Below, piece after piece: positions 36,741 to 47,285 of a DNA stretch of 64,000 bases (within the stretch, counting starts at the first letter, position 1; every line of letters begins with the position of its first letter). This DNA is from Candidatus Bathyarchaeota archaeon. Its GTDB lineage: Archaea > Thermoproteota > Bathyarchaeia > TCS64. Where the stretch lies: positions 359,819 through 423,818 of the forward strand of contig JAOZHO010000037.1 of NCBI GenBank assembly GCA_026014875.1. Reading direction: 5' to 3'. Below the pieces are notes generated by a model that was not told the DNA's origin, made no database searches, and saw only the letters and a program-made list of their open reading frames with translations. Made by a program: the position numbers and the translations under genes.

Positions 36741-39656
36741 ATGGTTGACTGGAAGCAGATCGAGGAGAAATGGAGAGGCAGGTGGGCCGAAGCGCATGTC
36801 TTCGAGTCCGACCCGGACCCTGGGAAGCCCAAGTACTACCTGACGGTGGCCTACCCCTACCCCAACTCGCCCCAGCACATCGGCCACGGCAGGACTTACA
36901 CCCTCACCGATGTTCACGCCCGGTACAGGAGGATGCAGGGCTACAACGTCCTCTTCCCCATGGCGTGGCACTTCACGGGGACCCCCGTCATCGCGATGGT
37001 AGACAGGCTCAAGATGAGAGACCCCGAGCTCCTCGACACCTTCCTCAACATATACAACGTCACCGAGGAGAGCCTCCATGAGCTGGAGACCCCCATCGGG
37101 ATGGCGAGCTATTTCGCCCAGGAGATCAAGGCCGGGATGCAGCTCATGGGGTTCAGCATCGACTGGCGCCGGGAGTTCACCACCGTCGACCCTTACTACG
37201 GCAAGTTCATCGAGTGGCAGTTCGCCAAGCTCCGGCAGAGGGGCTTCGTCATCCAGGGGAGCCACCCCGTGGGCTGGTGCCCCGGCTGCGGCAACCCCGT
37301 GGGGCAGCACGACACCGTGGGCGACGCAGAGCCCGAGATCGAGGAGTTCACCGTCCTCAAATTCAGAAGAGGCGACGTCGTCTACCCCGCTGCCACACTG
37401 AGGCCCGAGACCGTCTTCGGGGTCACCAACATGTGGCTCAACCCCGACACCCTCTACGTCCAGATCAAGGTGGACGGCGAGGACTGGCTCGTGAGCCCCG
37501 AGGCCGCGAACAAGCTAAAGTTCCTGGGGCGGGAGGTCGAGGTCGTCGACGAGATACTGGGAGCCAAGCTCATCGGGGGCACTTTAACGAACCCGATGAC
37601 TGAAGCCGAGATCCCCATACTGCCCGCAAGCTTCGTGGACCCCAAGAACGCCACAGGGGTCGTCATGTCGGTTCCAGCCCACGCCCCCTTCGACTATGTC
37701 GCCCTGGAGCAGCTGAAGAACGGGCCGAAGGAGGTCTTCGACCGCTTCGGACTGAGGCCGACCGAGATGGCCAAGCTCAAGCCCATCAGCCTCATCGAGC
37801 TCCCCGGCTGGGGGGAGAGCCCCGCCGTGGACATCGTCGAGAGGATGGGGATCACAGACCAGAACGATCCCCGGCTCGAGAAGGCGACCAAGGAGGTCTA
37901 CAGCCGGGAGTTCCATAACGGCAGGCTACGGGGGAACACCGGCCAGTATGCGAACCTCCAGGTGGAGAGGGCTAAGGACGCCGTCAAGGAGGACATGGTC
38001 GCTGATGGTAGGGCCACCACGATGTACGAGCTCATAGCGCCCGTGCAGTGCCGCTGCGGGAGCGACGTCCTCGTCAAGATATTCGAGAACCAGTGGTTCA
38101 TCGACTACGGGGACCAGTCCTGGAAAGAGCTGGCCCACGAGAACCTGGCGGGGATGGAGATCATACCCCGGGAGCTCCGCCGAGAGTATGTCAACGTCAT
38201 CGACTGGCTGGACCAGAAAGCCTGCGCCCGGAACGTGGGGATGGGCACCAAACTCCCCTGGGCGAAGGACTGGATCATCGAGAGCCTCAGCGACTCCACC
38301 ATCTACATGGCTTACTACACGGTCATCAAGGACATCAACAGGGTGAAACCCGAGGCGGATGCCCTCACCGAGGAGTTCTGGGACTACGTCTTCCTGGGGA
38401 AGGGCTCGGTAGAGGATGTCTCGGAGGCCACGAGCATCACAGTCGATGACTTGGAGGCCATCAGGGGCCAGTTCCAGTACTTTTACCCCCTGGATGCCCG
38501 GCATTCGGGGAGGGACCTGATCCCCAACCATCTGACGTTCATGGTCTTCAACCACGACGCCATCTTCCCCCGGGAGGACTGGCCTCAAGGCATATTCGTC
38601 AACGGGAGCGTCCTCATGGAGGGGCAGAAGATGAGCAAATCCATGAACAACATCATCCCCCTCGTCAACGCCATCGACAAGTTCAACACCGACCCCTTGA
38701 GGCTAGCGCTGATGATCACCGCGGAGCCCCTCAAGGACGCTGATTTCAGCCCCGATCTAGCGAAGTCGATGCAGAACAACCTTGAGAGGTTCTACTCCAG
38801 CGCGATGAGCATCGTCGGGGAGAAGACGGAGGGTGAGCCCGTGCTGACGGAGATAGACGAGTGGATGCTGAGCCGCCTCCAGTCCTATATCGTCGATGCG
38901 AACGAGGCGATGACCGAGCTAAAGGTGCGCAGGACCATCCACGCCGCCCTCTACAACCTCAACCAAGACCTGGACTGGTACAGCAAGAGGGTGAGCTCGA
39001 AGAGGGACCGCGCAGACAGGAAGAACGCCATCAACCACGTCCTCAAAAAAGTGGTGGACACCCAGGTGCGGCTGCTGACACCCTTCACCCCCCACCTCTG
39101 CGAGGAGATCTGGGAGGCCATGGGAAGAGAGGGATTCGTCGCGTTCGCCCCCTGGCCTACGCCTGAACCCGAGCTCGTCAAGCCCGAGGCCGAGGAGATG
39201 GAGCAGGGGATCAGGGACAGCCTGGAGGACGTCCAGAAGATCGTGAAGGTCACAGGCATCAAGCCCAGCAAGATCAGCTTCTACACCGCCACCTCGTGGA
39301 AATGGAAGGTCTACCTCAGGGCCTTGGAGCTGGCCAGGGAAGAGAAGCTGGACATAGGCACACTGATACGGGACGCCTTCAAGGACGACGAGATGAAGGT
39401 GCGGGCCAAGGAGGTCCCAGCCTTCGCCAGGGTCGTAGTCGAGGACGTCACCAAGACCCCCGCGGCCATCGTGGAGAGGAGGCTGGCGATGGGTCAGATC
39501 AACGAGTCCAACCTCATCGAGGACGCCTCGAGCTTCTTCGGGCAGGAGTTCGGATGCGAGGTCACCGTCGCCAACGAGAGCGACCCCTGGATCGAGGACC
39601 CCGCCAACAGGGCGAAAAGGTCGAAGCCCTACAGGCCTGCGATCTACGTCGAGTGA
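36741..39656 (+). CDS. leuS: leucine--tRNA ligase (archaeal type)
   Basis: 971 aa, class I HIGH (PQHIGHGRTY) and KMSKS motifs; archaeal-type domain order. Confidence 0.95.
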   Translation: MVDWKQIEEKWRGRWAEAHVFESDPDPGKPKYYLTVAYPYPNSPQHIGHGRTYTLTDVHARYRRMQGYNVLFPMAWHFTGTPVIAMVDRLKMRDPELLDTFLNIYNVTEESLHELETPIGMASYFAQEIKAGMQLMGFSIDWRREFTTVDPYYGKFIEWQFAKLRQRGFVIQGSHPVGWCPGCGNPVGQHDTVGDAEPEIEEFTVLKFRRGDVVYPAATLRPETVFGVTNMWLNPDTLYVQIKVDGEDWLVSPEAANKLKFLGREVEVVDEILGAKLIGGTLTNPMTEAEIPILPASFVDPKNATGVVMSVPAHAPFDYVALEQLKNGPKEVFDRFGLRPTEMAKLKPISLIELPGWGESPAVDIVERMGITDQNDPRLEKATKEVYSREFHNGRLRGNTGQYANLQVERAKDAVKEDMVADGRATTMYELIAPVQCRCGSDVLVKIFENQWFIDYGDQSWKELAHENLAGMEIIPRELRREYVNVIDWLDQKACARNVGMGTKLPWAKDWIIESLSDSTIYMAYYTVIKDINRVKPEADALTEEFWDYVFLGKGSVEDVSEATSITVDDLEAIRGQFQYFYPLDARHSGRDLIPNHLTFMVFNHDAIFPREDWPQGIFVNGSVLMEGQKMSKSMNNIIPLVNAIDKFNTDPLRLALMITAEPLKDADFSPDLAKSMQNNLERFYSSAMSIVGEKTEGEPVLTEIDEWMLSRLQSYIVDANEAMTELKVRRTIHAALYNLNQDLDWYSKRVSSKRDRADRKNAINHVLKKVVDTQVRLLTPFTPHLCEEIWEAMGREGFVAFAPWPTPEPELVKPEAEEMEQGIRDSLEDVQKIVKVTGIKPSKISFYTATSWKWKVYLRALELAREEKLDIGTLIRDAFKDDEMKVRAKEVPAFARVVVEDVTKTPAAIVERRLAMGQINESNLIEDASSFFGQEFGCEVTVANESDPWIEDPANRAKRSKPYRPAIYVE

Positions 39657-39702
39657 CCTTCTCCCCCCTTCTTTGTTTAGAAAAGGGGTCAAAGTCCTAG
39701 GT

Positions 39703-40068
39703 CTAATTATCATAGGTCGGGAGCCTGAGCAGGTACCGCGTTACAAGGATAGCGGTTCCGAACATCACCACCCGGACCGGGAGGCTATCCACGTAAAAGA
39801 TCGCCGAGATAGTGATCACGATCCACATGAGGCTGATGGCCCTGATCTTCGTCGCCTTGCGCAGTCCCTGGCCGGCTTGATAGGTCCTTATCGTCTCCCC
39901 GAACCACTTGCTCTCCAGGAGCCGCCCGTGGAGCCTCTCGGATCCCCTCATGTAGCAGGCCGCAGCCAGGAGAACCAGGGGCGTGGTGGGTATAACGGGC
40001 AGGAATAAGCCTAGGAAACCGAGAGCCAGGGCGATGGTTCCCATCACCACGAAGAATCCCTTCTTCAT
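39703..40068 (-). CDS. DUF454 (YbaN-like) small inner-membrane protein
   Basis: GFLGLFLPVIPTTPLVLLAAACY motif; start taken at the internal MKKGFFVV rather than 40128. Confidence 0.6.
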   Translation of the reverse strand: MKKGFFVVMGTIALALGFLGLFLPVIPTTPLVLLAAACYMRGSERLHGRLLESKWFGETIRTYQAGQGLRKATKIRAISLMWIVITISAIFYVDSLPVRVVMFGTAILVTRYLLRLPTYDN

Positions 40069-40364
40069 ACGAAAAGAGAAGCCCCCATCCACGGCATCGG
40101 TTCCCGACATATGTTCTCTACCCGGCATCTAGGTTACGCTACTCGATTCCCGCTTCTCCTTGGCAATAGCCGAGAACGAGGCTCGCCCGTCCTCCTGGAG
40201 AATCTTGAGGAGGCCTAGGTCATTCTCGCTCCGCGCCACCGTGAACTACCCCTGCAGCATGAAGGCATGCGACTGCCCGAATTTAAGATAGTTCAGATTT
40301 TCGCCTAACCAAATGAGACGGTGAAATGAACACCTTCGACACGCAATAGTGTACTGAAGACGGC

Positions 40365-41546
40365 TTAGAGGAGGTAGAGGGTGCGATCGGTCCGGGTGAG
40401 GAGCTCAAACCCATCCGAGGTCACCAGTATCGTGTCCTCCAGCTGGATCCCGCCCCAACCCAACTCCAGCACAGGGATATCGACGTTGACGACCATCCCC
40501 TCGAGGAGCTCATCCTCCCCCGTCTTCGATATCACGGGCCTCTCGTTGCACTCGATCCCGAGGCCGTGCCCCATCGTCGAAGAGTTCCGGCCTACCTCGG
40601 CATTCGCGAGCTCTTTCTCAGCCGCCGCGTATATCTCTGACACCTTCGCCCCGGGCTGTACAGCATCCAAAGCTGCGTCTTGGGCGGCGATGATCGCCTC
40701 CCACCGCCTTTCGGCCTTTGCGAGGGGCCTGCCGATGACTGCGGTCCTGGAGACGTTGGAGTGATAGTGATCCCACGTGCACCCCAGGGTGAGGCGGACC
40801 AGGTCCCGCTTCTTGGCCTCGTACATCGTGGGGAGGGGGTTGGGGTAGGCGCTCCGCTCCCGGAAGCCGATGAGGTTCTGGGTGACCCGCCCCCCATCGT
40901 AGGCCACGGAGTAGCCGTACATCCCGGCGAGGTCGAGCTCGGTGATCCCGTCCCTGGCGATCTCCAGGGCGTCCTCCATCGATTTCTCGGTGATCGCCGT
41001 GGCCCTCTTGATCCTCTCGACCTCCCCCTCGGTCTTGACGAGCCTTATCTCCCTCAGGAGGTTGGCTCCGTCGACGAGCTCCGCCCCCTGGAGCTTAGAC
41101 TTGAGTTGCTCGTATTGGGCCGGGCTCAGGCCCGACGTGTCAAGGGCGATCTTCGCCCCGGCGAGCCCCTTGTCCTCGACGGCCTTGAGGAGGGCGCTGG
41201 CTCCGTCAGCCTCAGGGCTCGCGGAGCTGTACAAACCCATGATGAGCGCCGTCTCCTCCGGGGGGTCCCCGGGTTCCCCCAGGCCGACCCCGGACTCTCC
41301 GTAGAACCGTATATCCCCGATCCAGGTCTGGTTCTCGACGAGGAGGTCCGCCTCGTTCAAGGGCGCGACTATCGCGGGGCTATCCTCGAGGGGGAGAATC
41401 GCGTAGGCCTCGACTCCGCAGCCGAGGCTCTTCCCCAGGCTCCAGTAGTTGGAGATATAGAAGACGTTCTCCGTGGATGTTGCGATGAGGGCGTCTAATC
41501 CCTCTCTCTGCAGGACCTCGAAGGCCCGTTCACCGTTAAGGGGCAT
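40365..41546 (-). CDS. M24 family metallopeptidase (Xaa-Pro aminopeptidase/prolidase/creatinase-like)
   Basis: Creatinase N-terminal domain plus the pita-bread C-terminal domain with metal ligands. Confidence 0.85.
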   Translation of the reverse strand: MPLNGERAFEVLQREGLDALIATSTENVFYISNYWSLGKSLGCGVEAYAILPLEDSPAIVAPLNEADLLVENQTWIGDIRFYGESGVGLGEPGDPPEETALIMGLYSSASPEADGASALLKAVEDKGLAGAKIALDTSGLSPAQYEQLKSKLQGAELVDGANLLREIRLVKTEGEVERIKRATAITEKSMEDALEIARDGITELDLAGMYGYSVAYDGGRVTQNLIGFRERSAYPNPLPTMYEAKKRDLVRLTLGCTWDHYHSNVSRTAVIGRPLAKAERRWEAIIAAQDAALDAVQPGAKVSEIYAAAEKELANAEVGRNSSTMGHGLGIECNERPVISKTGEDELLEGMVVNVDIPVLELGWGGIQLEDTILVTSDGFELLTRTDRTLYLL

Positions 41547-41685
41547 GCTGGACGGGTTATGGTTGTATGATCTGTTTTTAAGATAAATGGATTCGAAAAT
41601 CAGTTGAACCGCTGCGCCTGCCCTGGGGAGGGCGTGGAACGTTTAAACTCCGGGGAGTGCATCACAGGGAGAGGAGGACGCGGGG

Positions 41686-42414
41686 ATGGCGAGGCGGAGA
41701 CGGGGCTACAGGAGAGGCTATCCCGTGGCGGTCCTCATCGGCTTCGACCGGGATCGAGCCGCCCTTTGGAGGGTCTACAGCCAAGTCGTCAAGACGCATT
41801 CCACGATCGAGGCTCCGCGAGGAGGCAAGAGGGAGCTCTACAACTTCCATGAGGCCGTCGTGGACGCCCTGAGGCCCATCCTGAAGGAGGGGGTGGGAAG
41901 CGTCGTCATCGCGGCCCCCGCGAGGACAAGCCACGTGAAGGGGTTCCTCGACCACGTCGCTAAGCACCAGCCATGGATGACGAGGGGCTCCGGGTCCGCC
42001 ACATTCACCGGGATCGTGGGCTCGGCCACCACCCAGGAAGAGGTCTCCGCTCTGGTCAGGACGGGGGAGGTTCAGAGAGCCATCGGGACATCGGCGGCGG
42101 GGGAAGCCGATCGAATAAAGGGCCTACTGGAGAGTCGCCTCGCGCGGGAGGATGCGGGTCCAATCCTGTACTCCCTGTACGAGATCGAGGGATTGATCTT
42201 CGAGCAGAGGGTAAAGGGGAGACCTGAACCCGAGCACCTGATCCTCACGGACAGGTTTCTGGCGGCTCACAGGAGGAGAGCCCAGAGGCTCATGGAGGCC
42301 TCGAGGAGCAGAGGGGTCAGGGCACACGTCGTCGGCGTCAAGACCGCGGCCGGTCAGCGGGTGGAGCAGCTGGGGGGGATGGTCCTCCTCGCCAGGCCCG
42401 GGGTCGATCGCTGA
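41686..42414 (+). CDS. hypothetical protein with Arg-rich N-terminus; possible eRF1/Pelota-superfamily (VLRF1/baeRF1-like) fold
   Basis: MARRRRGYRRGYPVAVLIGFDRD..ALWRVYSQVV is loosely reminiscent of the Pelota/eRF1 N-terminus, and a GQ-containing loop (KTAAGQR) lies near the C-terminus. Weak, motif-level only. Confidence 0.4.
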   Translation: MARRRRGYRRGYPVAVLIGFDRDRAALWRVYSQVVKTHSTIEAPRGGKRELYNFHEAVVDALRPILKEGVGSVVIAAPARTSHVKGFLDHVAKHQPWMTRGSGSATFTGIVGSATTQEEVSALVRTGEVQRAIGTSAAGEADRIKGLLESRLAREDAGPILYSLYEIEGLIFEQRVKGRPEPEHLILTDRFLAAHRRRAQRLMEASRSRGVRAHVVGVKTAAGQRVEQLGGMVLLARPGVDR

Positions 42415-42445
42415 TTTCTTTAGCTGATATGCGCAACGCTAGGAC

Positions 42446-43621
42446 ATGGCAGATTCGCTCAAAGAGAAGGTTTCCAAGGAGATCGACGCCCGCCGGGAGA
42501 GGCTGATCGAGGTCAGCATGGCGATCCACGACGAGCCCGAGCTGGGCCATCAGGAGTTCAAGGCCTCGGCGCTCCTAGCCTCCGAGCTCGAAGGGCTAGG
42601 CTTTGAGGTCGAGAAGGGGACCTCGGGGCTCTCCACCGCATTCAAGGCGGTTCGCAGGGGCAAGGGGGAGGGCCCCACGGTCGCGATCATCGCGGAGTAC
42701 GACGCGCTCCCCGAGCTGGGCCACGCCTGCGGTCACAACATCATAGCGGCGTCCGCTCTGGGCGCAGGTGCGGGAATGAGCGCGGTCATGGACGAACTGG
42801 ATGGGACGGTCATCGTCTTCGGGACCCCCGCGGAGGAGGGTTACGCGGAGAACGCCGGGGGCAAGGTATTGATGATCGATGAGATAACGGCGGCTGACGT
42901 CGCGATCATGATCCACCCGTCATCCAAGTATGGGGTGGGCGCTACATCCCTGGCCCGGGAGTCATTCATGATCTCTTTCAAGGGGAAGGCCGCTCATGCA
43001 GGGGCCATCCCCGAGAGGGGCATCAACGCTCTTGAGGGTGTCCTCCTGACGTACCAGGGGATCAACGCCCTCCGGCAGCATCTCATGAGGGACATAAGGA
43101 TCCACGGGGTGATCAGGGATGGTGGAGCGGCCCCCAACATCGTGCCCGAGACGGCCTCCGCCCACTTCTATGTCAGGGCACCGACCCTGGAGCTCCTCAA
43201 GGAGATCCTGGAGAAGGTGAAGAACTGCGCCCGGGGCGCGGCCCTCGCCACAGGGGCGGAGGTGAGCTTCAGGCAGGTCGCGAACACCTACGCCAATAAA
43301 GTCCCCAACATGAGCCTCGGGGAGGCGTTCAAGGCTAACCTCGAGGCGCTCGGAGCCGTGTTTCCTGAGGCGGCTTCCGAGAGGCCTGGGGCCTCCACCG
43401 ACTTTGGTACGGTGAGCCAAGCTATGCCCGCCGCTACCGCCTCCGTCTTCATCGGGGAGAATGTAGCCCTACACTCATACGAGGCCACGGAGGTCACCGC
43501 GTCTGAGACAGCTCATGAGGCGGTGATGATCAGTGCGAAGGGTCTAGCCCATACCGCCATAGACGTTCTCACCGACGCAGATCTCCTCCGGAGGATCAAG
43601 GAAGAGCATTCGAGCCGCTGA
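42446..43621 (+). CDS. M20 family amidohydrolase (aminoacylase/hippuricase-like, M20D)
   Basis: Family match including the metal-binding His/Asp/Glu positions. Confidence 0.85.
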   Translation: MADSLKEKVSKEIDARRERLIEVSMAIHDEPELGHQEFKASALLASELEGLGFEVEKGTSGLSTAFKAVRRGKGEGPTVAIIAEYDALPELGHACGHNIIAASALGAGAGMSAVMDELDGTVIVFGTPAEEGYAENAGGKVLMIDEITAADVAIMIHPSSKYGVGATSLARESFMISFKGKAAHAGAIPERGINALEGVLLTYQGINALRQHLMRDIRIHGVIRDGGAAPNIVPETASAHFYVRAPTLELLKEILEKVKNCARGAALATGAEVSFRQVANTYANKVPNMSLGEAFKANLEALGAVFPEAASERPGASTDFGTVSQAMPAATASVFIGENVALHSYEATEVTASETAHEAVMISAKGLAHTAIDVLTDADLLRRIKEEHSSR

Positions 43622-43646
43622 GACCAGGTGGGAGGGAGATTCCTCC

Positions 43647-44120
43647 CTATTCTTTAGGCTGGGTAACGACAAAAAGGCAGTGGGGATCGTCGGTCGTGAG
43701 GATCTCCGGCAGCTGCACGTCGAGGTCCGGCCTGTACTCCTGCCAGAAGGCGTGGTGGAAGTACTGGCAGTACCTCTTCCCCACGTCGACGCAGCCTCGC
43801 TCCCTCCACTGCTCCTGGAAGGGGCACCGGTAGGTGTAGGAGACGAGCTTGTCGTCCTCGAAGACCGTCCTCGTCTTCTCGGTCCCCGAGTGCCCGGGGA
43901 GGTCATAGTGCTCGAAGAGGGATCTCAGGTTGACGGGGAGGCCCTGCTCTTGATGCCTCTTCCTCAACCGCTCGCCCCTGGCTCTCCCGTACTCCTTGAC
44001 GGCCCGAATGAGGGCCTCTTCCCCCTTCTCGCCGAAGCTGTCCACCATCTCCCGGGCGAAGACGCAGTACATGAGGGCCCAGAGGTCCCCGAACTCGTCG
44101 ATGTCCTCCTGAGTGACCAT
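43647..44120 (-). CDS. L-2-amino-thiazoline-4-carboxylic acid hydrolase-like (ATC_hydrolase, PF14196) protein
   Basis: Recalled family resemblance over the C-terminal 160 aa; start taken at the internal MVTQEDIDEF. Confidence 0.4.
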   Translation of the reverse strand: MVTQEDIDEFGDLWALMYCVFAREMVDSFGEKGEEALIRAVKEYGRARGERLRKRHQEQGLPVNLRSLFEHYDLPGHSGTEKTRTVFEDDKLVSYTYRCPFQEQWRERGCVDVGKRYCQYFHHAFWQEYRPDLDVQLPEILTTDDPHCLFVVTQPKE

Positions 44121-44435
44121 GGAAACCACGAAACAACTGAGGCCCCACCACGTTAAAACATCTGCTTGAGGGGCCCGTTGTGCGCGCGATGGTGGACGTC
44201 CACGCAATGGTCGATGCTGGAGACCTAGGCATATCACTTTCGACACGGAGGGGAACGGCGTCTATGCCTCGACTGGCCAAGAACCACACTACAACCACAT
44301 GAACATGAAGGGCGAGGAGAAGGCGCTTAGGAGGATATGGGTCAAGCCTTAGACCCTAGCTGCAACAGTCATCCGACTCGTGATTCGCTGAAATGCTTAA
44401 AGGCTTGGAGCCAGATACCGGGCGGGAGTGATGGG

Positions 44436-45671
44436 ATGACTTCTTCGGAGGAGCTCGAGAAGAAGGGGCTGGTTTACAGAATCTCAGCCATCTCGGCCCT
44501 CAGGGGCGCCGTCTTCAACGCCTGGAGAGTCGTCTGGCAGCCCTTCGTCTTGAGCCTCGGGGTCTCCATGAGCTGGCTAGGTGGCCTCGAGAGCTTCCTA
44601 GACCTCACGAGAATCGCGGTGATGCCCCTCTTCGGCAAAGCCGCTGACGCACACGGGAGGCGGAGATTCATCGTCGCCCGGGAGATACTCACCCTGGCAG
44701 CGGCGGTTCTCTACGTCTACGCCGGGTCCTGGCGGTTCATCTTCCTGGGGGTAATGCTCACGGGCCTCTCATTGGCCATCTATCCCATCTGGAACACCGT
44801 GATCGCCGAGTCGTCGGAAGGGAGAGAACTCGGATACACATACAGCATCGTGGGCACCATAACTCTGGGGCTCAGCCTCGTCGCCACCCTCGCGGCCGGG
44901 TACGTCGCCAGCGCCTACGGCTTCAGAACAGTATTCACGGGGGCGGCGGTGCTTGCTCTGCTCGCGTTCCTCTTGGTGGTGATGAGGCTGCCCGAGACCC
45001 TGCCCCCGGAAAAGAAGGGCTCCGTTAACTGGAGAGAGCTCACCGGGTCTTTCGTAGAGACATTAAGGCCCCCTCGCTACCTCTGGGGCTTCTACATCGC
45101 GATGTCCGTGGACCTCTTCGCATTCAACCTCGGCTACAGGCTCCTCAACGGGATGCTCGCTAGTGAATATGGGTACACCCCCGCCATGCTGGGGCTGATA
45201 TCCGCAGCGACCATCGGGGCAACGGCGATCGCCCAGATCCCCTTGGGGAGGCTCGTGGACAGGATCGGCTACGTCAAGTTTCTGATCATCTCCCAGCTCA
45301 TCGCGTGCGTTGTCCTCGCCACATTTGTCGTCTCGAAGAGCTTCCTAGCAGTCGTCGCCGCCCAGATCGCCCTGGGTGTGTCGGCCGCCTTCTGGACCCC
45401 CGCGGAACAGGCATGGATCGCCGTAAACGTTGACCCTGAGAGGAGGGCTCAGGCAATCGGGGGGTTCTCGACCTTCAGGGGGCTCATCGCCTTCCCCGCG
45501 CCCTTCATTGGGGGGCTCCTCTTCGACGCTTACGGCTTCGATGTCCCCATCCTCATCAACTTGGGCATCGCATTGATCGACGTTATCCTCATCTACGTGC
45601 TCGTGAAGGAAAGAGTCCGGCCGGACGCGGCAGCGGGAGCACCGGAAACACAAGGTGAATCCATCCTCTAG
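44436..45671 (+). CDS. MFS transporter
   Basis: 12-TM MFS topology; start ATG 44436 behind GGGAG (the track's 44337 start is an extension). Confidence 0.75.
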   Translation: MTSSEELEKKGLVYRISAISALRGAVFNAWRVVWQPFVLSLGVSMSWLGGLESFLDLTRIAVMPLFGKAADAHGRRRFIVAREILTLAAAVLYVYAGSWRFIFLGVMLTGLSLAIYPIWNTVIAESSEGRELGYTYSIVGTITLGLSLVATLAAGYVASAYGFRTVFTGAAVLALLAFLLVVMRLPETLPPEKKGSVNWRELTGSFVETLRPPRYLWGFYIAMSVDLFAFNLGYRLLNGMLASEYGYTPAMLGLISAATIGATAIAQIPLGRLVDRIGYVKFLIISQLIACVVLATFVVSKSFLAVVAAQIALGVSAAFWTPAEQAWIAVNVDPERRAQAIGGFSTFRGLIAFPAPFIGGLLFDAYGFDVPILINLGIALIDVILIYVLVKERVRPDAAAGAPETQGESIL

Positions 45672-45714
45672 CCTAAATATCACCTGAGACAGGGTCAGGC
45701 TGAGAGGATTCAGT

Positions 45715-47199
45715 ATGAGGATAGCGGTCGTGAGCTACTCCCACGAGACCTGCACCTTCTGCCCAGAGATCGGCACCCTGGAGCTCTGGGAGAAAGGCGG
45801 CATCAAGTACGGCGACGAGAGCATCGTCACGGAGGGAGAGGGAAAGGGCTACATCACGGGCTACAAGGAGGTGGCCGAGACAGAGGAGGACGTGGAGCTC
45901 GTAGGCATCATCAGGACGAGCTGGCCCGCTACCACCGGCTACGGGAGCTGGAACACCACGGAGTCCTTCGACGTCATCTCCGGGAGGATCGTGGACCGCC
46001 TCGCGGACGCCGGGGAGCTCGACGGGGTCCTCCTAGCGCTCCACGGGGCCATGGCGGTCACGGGTATCCCCCGACCCGAAGCCGAGCTGGCCCGGAGGGT
46101 GAGGAAGGTCGTGGGGGATATCCCCATCATGGTCACCCTGGATCTCCACGCCAACGAGGACATCGAGCTCGCCAACGCAGTCGACGGGGTCTTCATACTC
46201 AAGACCTATCCCCACCTTGATGCCCATGAGACCGGCGTGATAGCTGCACGGTGCATGGTGGAGACAGTCAGGGGCGGGTTCAACCCCACGATGGCCCACA
46301 GGAGGCCCGGCATCGTCTGCGCCAGCGTCTTCCAGGCCTCGGAGTACCACCCCATGAAGGCGGTCTACGACCGCTGCAGGGAGTGGGAGGCGAAGGGGGT
46401 CTACTGCGCCTCCGTGGCCCCCGGCTACGCCTACTCCGATGTCCCCGACGTGGGGGTCTCGGTGTTCGTCGTCGCCGACGGAAACCGGGCCCTGGCGGAG
46501 GAGGCCGCCCAGGACCTCTCCGATCTCGTCTGGAGCTTCAGGGAGGATCTCACCCGGGGCCTGCCCAAGGCTGAGGAGGGGGTCGCGGCTGTCATCGAGA
46601 TGGTGGGGAAGGGTGAGAAGCCCGTGGTCATCGCCTATCATGATGACCGCCTCGGGGATGGCACCCACATACTCAAGGAGCTCATCAACCAGGGCGCCAA
46701 GAACTGGTGCTCCACCGGGATCGCGGATCCCAAGACCCTGGAGAGGCTCAAAAAGAAGAACAGGGTGGGGGAAATGGTGAAGGTGACCATCGGGGGATGG
46801 CTCCACGAGATCTCCGGGGAGCCCGCGACCATCATAGGCAGGATCGAGCACCTGGGCCCGGCGGAATGGGTCGAAACCGGTCCCATGAGGAGGGGGGCCC
46901 AGCAGAAGATCGACTTCATCGCGAGCCTCGACATCGGGGAGAACAGGCACGTCATCATCACTGAGCGGCTCTATGCCCCCATGAGCGCCGATCCCCTCAA
47001 GGCCATAGGCATCGACGTGAACAGCCTCGATATCGTCGAGCTCAAGAGCCGGGTCCATCACAAGGCCTACTGGGACACGTGGTCGGCGGTCGACTATCCG
47101 ATTGATCCTCCCGGATTGGGCCCTGCGGATCTGAGCACCTTGGACTACGAGAACTTGCCCTGGGGCATCTACCCCGTCGGGGAGAAGTGGGAAAAGTAG
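45715..47199 (+). CDS. M81 family metallopeptidase (MlrC/microcystinase C-like, DUF1485+MlrC_C)
   Basis: Family match across about 490 aa (MRIAVVSYSHETCTF...). Confidence 0.8.
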   Translation: MRIAVVSYSHETCTFCPEIGTLELWEKGGIKYGDESIVTEGEGKGYITGYKEVAETEEDVELVGIIRTSWPATTGYGSWNTTESFDVISGRIVDRLADAGELDGVLLALHGAMAVTGIPRPEAELARRVRKVVGDIPIMVTLDLHANEDIELANAVDGVFILKTYPHLDAHETGVIAARCMVETVRGGFNPTMAHRRPGIVCASVFQASEYHPMKAVYDRCREWEAKGVYCASVAPGYAYSDVPDVGVSVFVVADGNRALAEEAAQDLSDLVWSFREDLTRGLPKAEEGVAAVIEMVGKGEKPVVIAYHDDRLGDGTHILKELINQGAKNWCSTGIADPKTLERLKKKNRVGEMVKVTIGGWLHEISGEPATIIGRIEHLGPAEWVETGPMRRGAQQKIDFIASLDIGENRHVIITERLYAPMSADPLKAIGIDVNSLDIVELKSRVHHKAYWDTWSAVDYPIDPPGLGPADLSTLDYENLPWGIYPVGEKWEK

Positions 47200-47285
47200 A
47201 TCCAGTTTCCTCCACCTTTTTTTCGGAGGATACAACCTGTGAATAGTCGTCTGCCTATCCAAAGATGCCAAGAGACGCTTCGGGC

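Noticed and set aside
36633-39713. Long antisense ORFs inside LeuRS (36633..37310, 37926..38588, 38919..39713) and analogous antisense ORFs inside ilvC, MlrC, M14, D-aminoacylase and the aminotransferase (e.g. 10289..11230, 46033..47307, 50566..51264, 61018..62430, 19090..19920, 15718..16770)
   Set aside because: High-GC genomes produce long stop-free antisense frames. The translations are compositionally biased (Arg/Pro/Gly/His-rich) and the sense strand carries strongly conserved genes.
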